From NCBI GenBank assembly GCA_005191425.1, contig SUPR01000012.1, positions 18,981 to 50,980 on the forward strand: a DNA stretch of 32,000 nt. The letters run 5' to 3'. Below are positions 29,325 through 32,000 of the stretch, one piece after another. The DNA comes from Candidatus Helarchaeota ASGARD archaeon Hel_GB_B. Lineage in GTDB: Archaea > Asgardarchaeota > Lokiarchaeia > Helarchaeales > HEL-GB-B. The position numbers were made by a program, and so were the translations under genes. Position 1 is the first letter of the stretch. Each line of letters starts with the position of its first letter. Below the pieces are notes generated by a model. That model had not been told where the DNA came from. It saw only the letters and a list, made by a program, of their open reading frames with translations, and did no database searches.

Positions 29325-29397
29325 ACGCCTGTCGGGACGCAATTCCCTATCTCAATAATGAACTGATATTTTTTCATTATTGTCATCAAATAGGCGT
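29325..29397 (-). ncRNA. SECIS-like cis-element 3' of Sec-hdrA
   Basis: AUGA(29386-83) CAAUAAUGAA / AAAAUAUCAG / UUCAUUAUUG A GAU, then hairpin GGGA-AUUGCG-UCCC, enclosed by ACGCCU/AGGCGU. Confidence 0.78.
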
Positions 29398-31350
29398 TTA
29401 TTTTATTAAGGCGTCAATTTCATTCATTATTTGTTCATCTCTGTAATATCTAAATGTTATTGCTCTTACAGGACAACTTGCGGCACAAACTCCACAACCT
29501 TTGCACTTTATTACATCTATTTGTGCTATTCCATCATCGCCAACTTTAATTGCGCTAAACGAGCAATTTCGTTCACAAGTTCCACAACCTATACATAAAT
29601 CTTTGTCGACAATAGGGTTGATGAGTTCCAATCTGAATTTTCCTGAAGATACAAAATCAATCGCCATTGCTGCTGCAGCTCTTGCTGTTGAAACTGTATA
29701 AGGTACTGCCATTGGATTTCTACAAGCACCACCGATATAAACGCCACTTGCTTTAGTTTCGACCGGACTTAAACAAGTGTGTATCTCTTTTATAAATCCA
29801 GACGGTGATAAGTCCAAACCTAATATACTGACAATTTCTTTTGCTTTTGGATGAGGTACCATTGCAGTAGATAATACTACTAGATCAAATTCATCTTTAA
29901 TAATCCTATGACCTATAATGTCCTCGCCCCGTAAAATTAGATTTCGCGTCTCTGGATCTTCTTTAACTTCGGCAATTTTACCTTTAATGAATTTTATTTG
30001 TGGGTTTTCACCTCTAATTCTACTGTAATATTCTTCTTCGTCCTTAGAAGTCGTCCTTATATCTATATAAAAAATATAGACCTCAATATCACCATATTCT
30101 TGGACTAAAAGCTGGGCATTCTTCATGGCGACAAGACAACATACTCCACCTGAACAATAAGCATTAGTTTTTAAATCACGTGAACCAACACACTGTATCA
30201 TTGCAATTTTTTTAGGGGTCTTACCATCAGATACTCTTTTTAAATGTCCACCAGTTGGTCCAGTTGGATTAATAAGACGTTCGAGTTCAATCTGAGTTAA
30301 TACATTATAATATTTACCATATCCATAATCACCGCGTTTTGAAGCATCGTAAACTTCATACCCAACCGTAATAACAATTGCGCCAACTTCAATGTCTTCA
30401 TAAGTCGGTTTCATATCATAATCAACAGCTTCGGCTAAACAATTTTTTTGGCATTGCTTACACTTAATACATGCATCTATGTCAATATACGCTTTTTTAG
30501 GTACTGCATTAGGATGAATTATATTAATAGCTTTTCTAGTACCAAGTCCATAATTGAATTCATTAGGTACCAAAACCGGACATATTTCCATACACCTTCC
30601 ACAACCAGTACATTTTTCCCAATCGACATATGTTGGTTTATGTTCAATAGTTACTTTATATTGACCCGCACTTCCACTGATATTTTTTATTTCACAATAG
30701 GTACGTAATTCGATATTTGGATGTTTTGAAGCCTCGACCATTTTCGGTGCTAAAATTCATATAGCGCAATCATCAGTCGGAAATGTCCGGTCTAATTGTG
30801 CCATCTTTCCGCCGATACTAGGTAAAGAATCCAACAAATAAGTTTTAAAGCCAGCATTCGCAGTAGCTAATGCTGCACTAATTCCTGCAATTCCTGCACC
30901 AATAATTAAGACTTCTTTTATTACTTCCATCTCTTTTAATGGGACATCATCTAATATAGAAGCACGTTCAACACCAGCTTCAATCAATGCTTTTGCTTTC
31001 TCAGTTGCTTCTTCATTTGTAGATGGATTAACAAAAGATACTTGCTCTCTCAGATTCACCATTTGAAAATAATATTGGCTTAGACCTGCTGATTCTAATA
31101 ATGCCCGATATGTAGGTTCGTGTATTTTTGGTGTGCAAGCACCAACAACAACTCTATTTAAGTTATGGTTAATAATATCTTCTGCAATCATTTGTTGCCC
31201 AGGCTCTGAGCACATAAAAGAAAAACTCTTGGATAAGACGACATTTGGTAGTGTTTTTGCGTATTCTGCAACTGCCTCAACATCTACTACACCGCCGATA
31301 TTAACGCCTCATGCACAAACGTAAACTCCAATGCGAATTTCTTCTGACAC
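29398..31350 (-). CDS. hdrA: Selenoprotein HdrA (650 aa) with two Sec (U14, U198); split into two ORFs by the track
   Basis: GTG start with GGTG SD. IGVYVCA-U-GVNIGG (TGA 31309-31311) and FPTDDCAI-U-ILAPKMVE (TGA 30757-30759) are in one frame. They align with CHCG and DCSLCILAPK of the Cys paralog. Canonical HdrA length and domain order. Confidence 0.92.
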
Positions 31351-31388
31351 ATTAAACACCTTTTTTTATTTTTCACCTCTTAATTATT

Positions 31389-31547
31389 TTATTCAATAAG
31401 AGCACGCTTAACTTGAACTTTTATTTTATTTTTATCATAATCGTATATTGGAGCAATCTTTTGTATTAATTTTGATATTTTTCCGCCAGATAATTCTAAC
31501 TCTTCCATAATTTCTTTTGCAAATTCTTTTAATTCATTTTTGTCCAT
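31389..31547 (-). CDS. 52-aa small protein heading the hdr operon (MDKNELKEFAKEIMEELELSGGKISKLIQKIAPIYDYDKNKIKVQVKRALIE)
   Basis: ATG with GGAG SD, charged helical composition, same strand and 38 nt from the hdrA start; below the track's size cut-off. Confidence 0.6.
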   Translation of the reverse strand: MDKNELKEFAKEIMEELELSGGKISKLIQKIAPIYDYDKNKIKVQVKRALIE

Positions 31548-31852
31548 TTTAATTACTCCATAAATAATTCAATTTGAAGTATGAAAATTTTGTTTTAAAT
31601 TTTTTGAAAACTCTAATTTTTTAATAAAATTAATAAACTAACATTTTTTATAACAGATTTAAATTAAACCCCGAAACCTTAAAATTAATAAAAATTTTTA
31701 AAAATTATTGAAAGAAAATCGCTAATAACAAATTATCAATTCATAATTTATCTTTATATTCCCTAGAATTTTTGTTCTAAAAAATGAGGAAGAATTTTTT
31801 TATTTTAAAAAATTAAGAAATATTTGATACATTTGAAAGGTTGAAATCACAA

Positions 31853-32000
31853 ATGGTCGAAGATATAAATTTATTAATCGAAAAATACGAAGGTATTTTA
31901 CAATCAGAACCCGATAATAAAGATATTTTAATGAAATTAGGTATCTGTTATACTTCCATTAATAATTTTGATAAAGCAATCGAAATTTATAATAAAATTC
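31853..32000 (+). CDS. TPR-repeat protein, 5' part (runs off the window)
   Basis: MVEDINLLIEKYEGILQSEPDNKDILMKLGICYTSINNFDKAIEIYNKI fits the TPR pattern (P.N...L..LG..Y....F.KAI..Y). Confidence 0.7.
   Translation, partial: MVEDINLLIEKYEGILQSEPDNKDILMKLGICYTSINNFDKAIEIYNKI

Noticed and set aside
1749-31324. Short track ORFs antisense to or overlapping real genes (e.g. 1749..2009, 5537..5737, 5598..5840, 6865..7128, 7588..7857, 10400..10630, 11012..11301, 11785..11979, 13968..14174, 15167..15385, 17904..18104, 24053..24898, 28487..28705, 28922..29131, 29181..29366, 29501..29701, 30448..30708, 31133..31324)
   Set aside because: They lie within well-supported genes and show no motifs; typical shadow ORFs.
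29398-31350. Split hdrA as a nonsense-mutated pseudogene
   Set aside because: All four TGAs in hdrA and vhuD fall exactly on conserved Cys ligands, there are no frameshifts or other stops, and SECIS-like structures follow both genes.
1-32000. tRNA (including tRNA-Sec), rRNA, CRISPR or transposase genes
   Set aside because: No GC-rich structured segment or repeat array of the needed size was seen outside coding regions; Sec machinery is not in this window.

Overview
Very AT-rich archaeal DNA. Type II Met aminopeptidase, an FrhB-family F420 enzyme, UGA-selenocysteine genes and eukaryote-like 3' SECIS structures together point to an Asgard (Loki/Hel-like) archaeon; this assignment is an inference. 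Left to right: nucleoside hydrolase, map, a three-gene decayed block (2.5-5.0 kb), a feoB/Cys-rich/DtxR-FeoA iron-uptake operon with a DtxR-type palindrome at its promoter, an S/Fe-S cluster (OsmC, TauE, iscS, iscU, DUF39-CBS homocysteine enzyme plus NIL-ferredoxin), class II aldolase, icd, HAD hydrolase, membrane proteins, an M6 metalloprotease, and a ~9 kb minus-strand heterodisulfide-reductase operon. The ORF track misreads that operon. It holds a 650-aa HdrA with two in-frame TGA codons and a 135-aa VhuD/MvhD with two in-frame TGA codons, all four at conserved Cys positions. Each of the two genes is followed immediately by a SECIS-like AUGA...GA hairpin inside what looks like the same three-way junction, with an extra UGCG-loop hairpin. 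The operon continues with a wHTH-ferredoxin-FrhB fusion, an HdrD-like protein, and all-Cys paralogs of HdrA and MvhD. No rRNA, tRNA, CRISPR array or mobile element was recognised.
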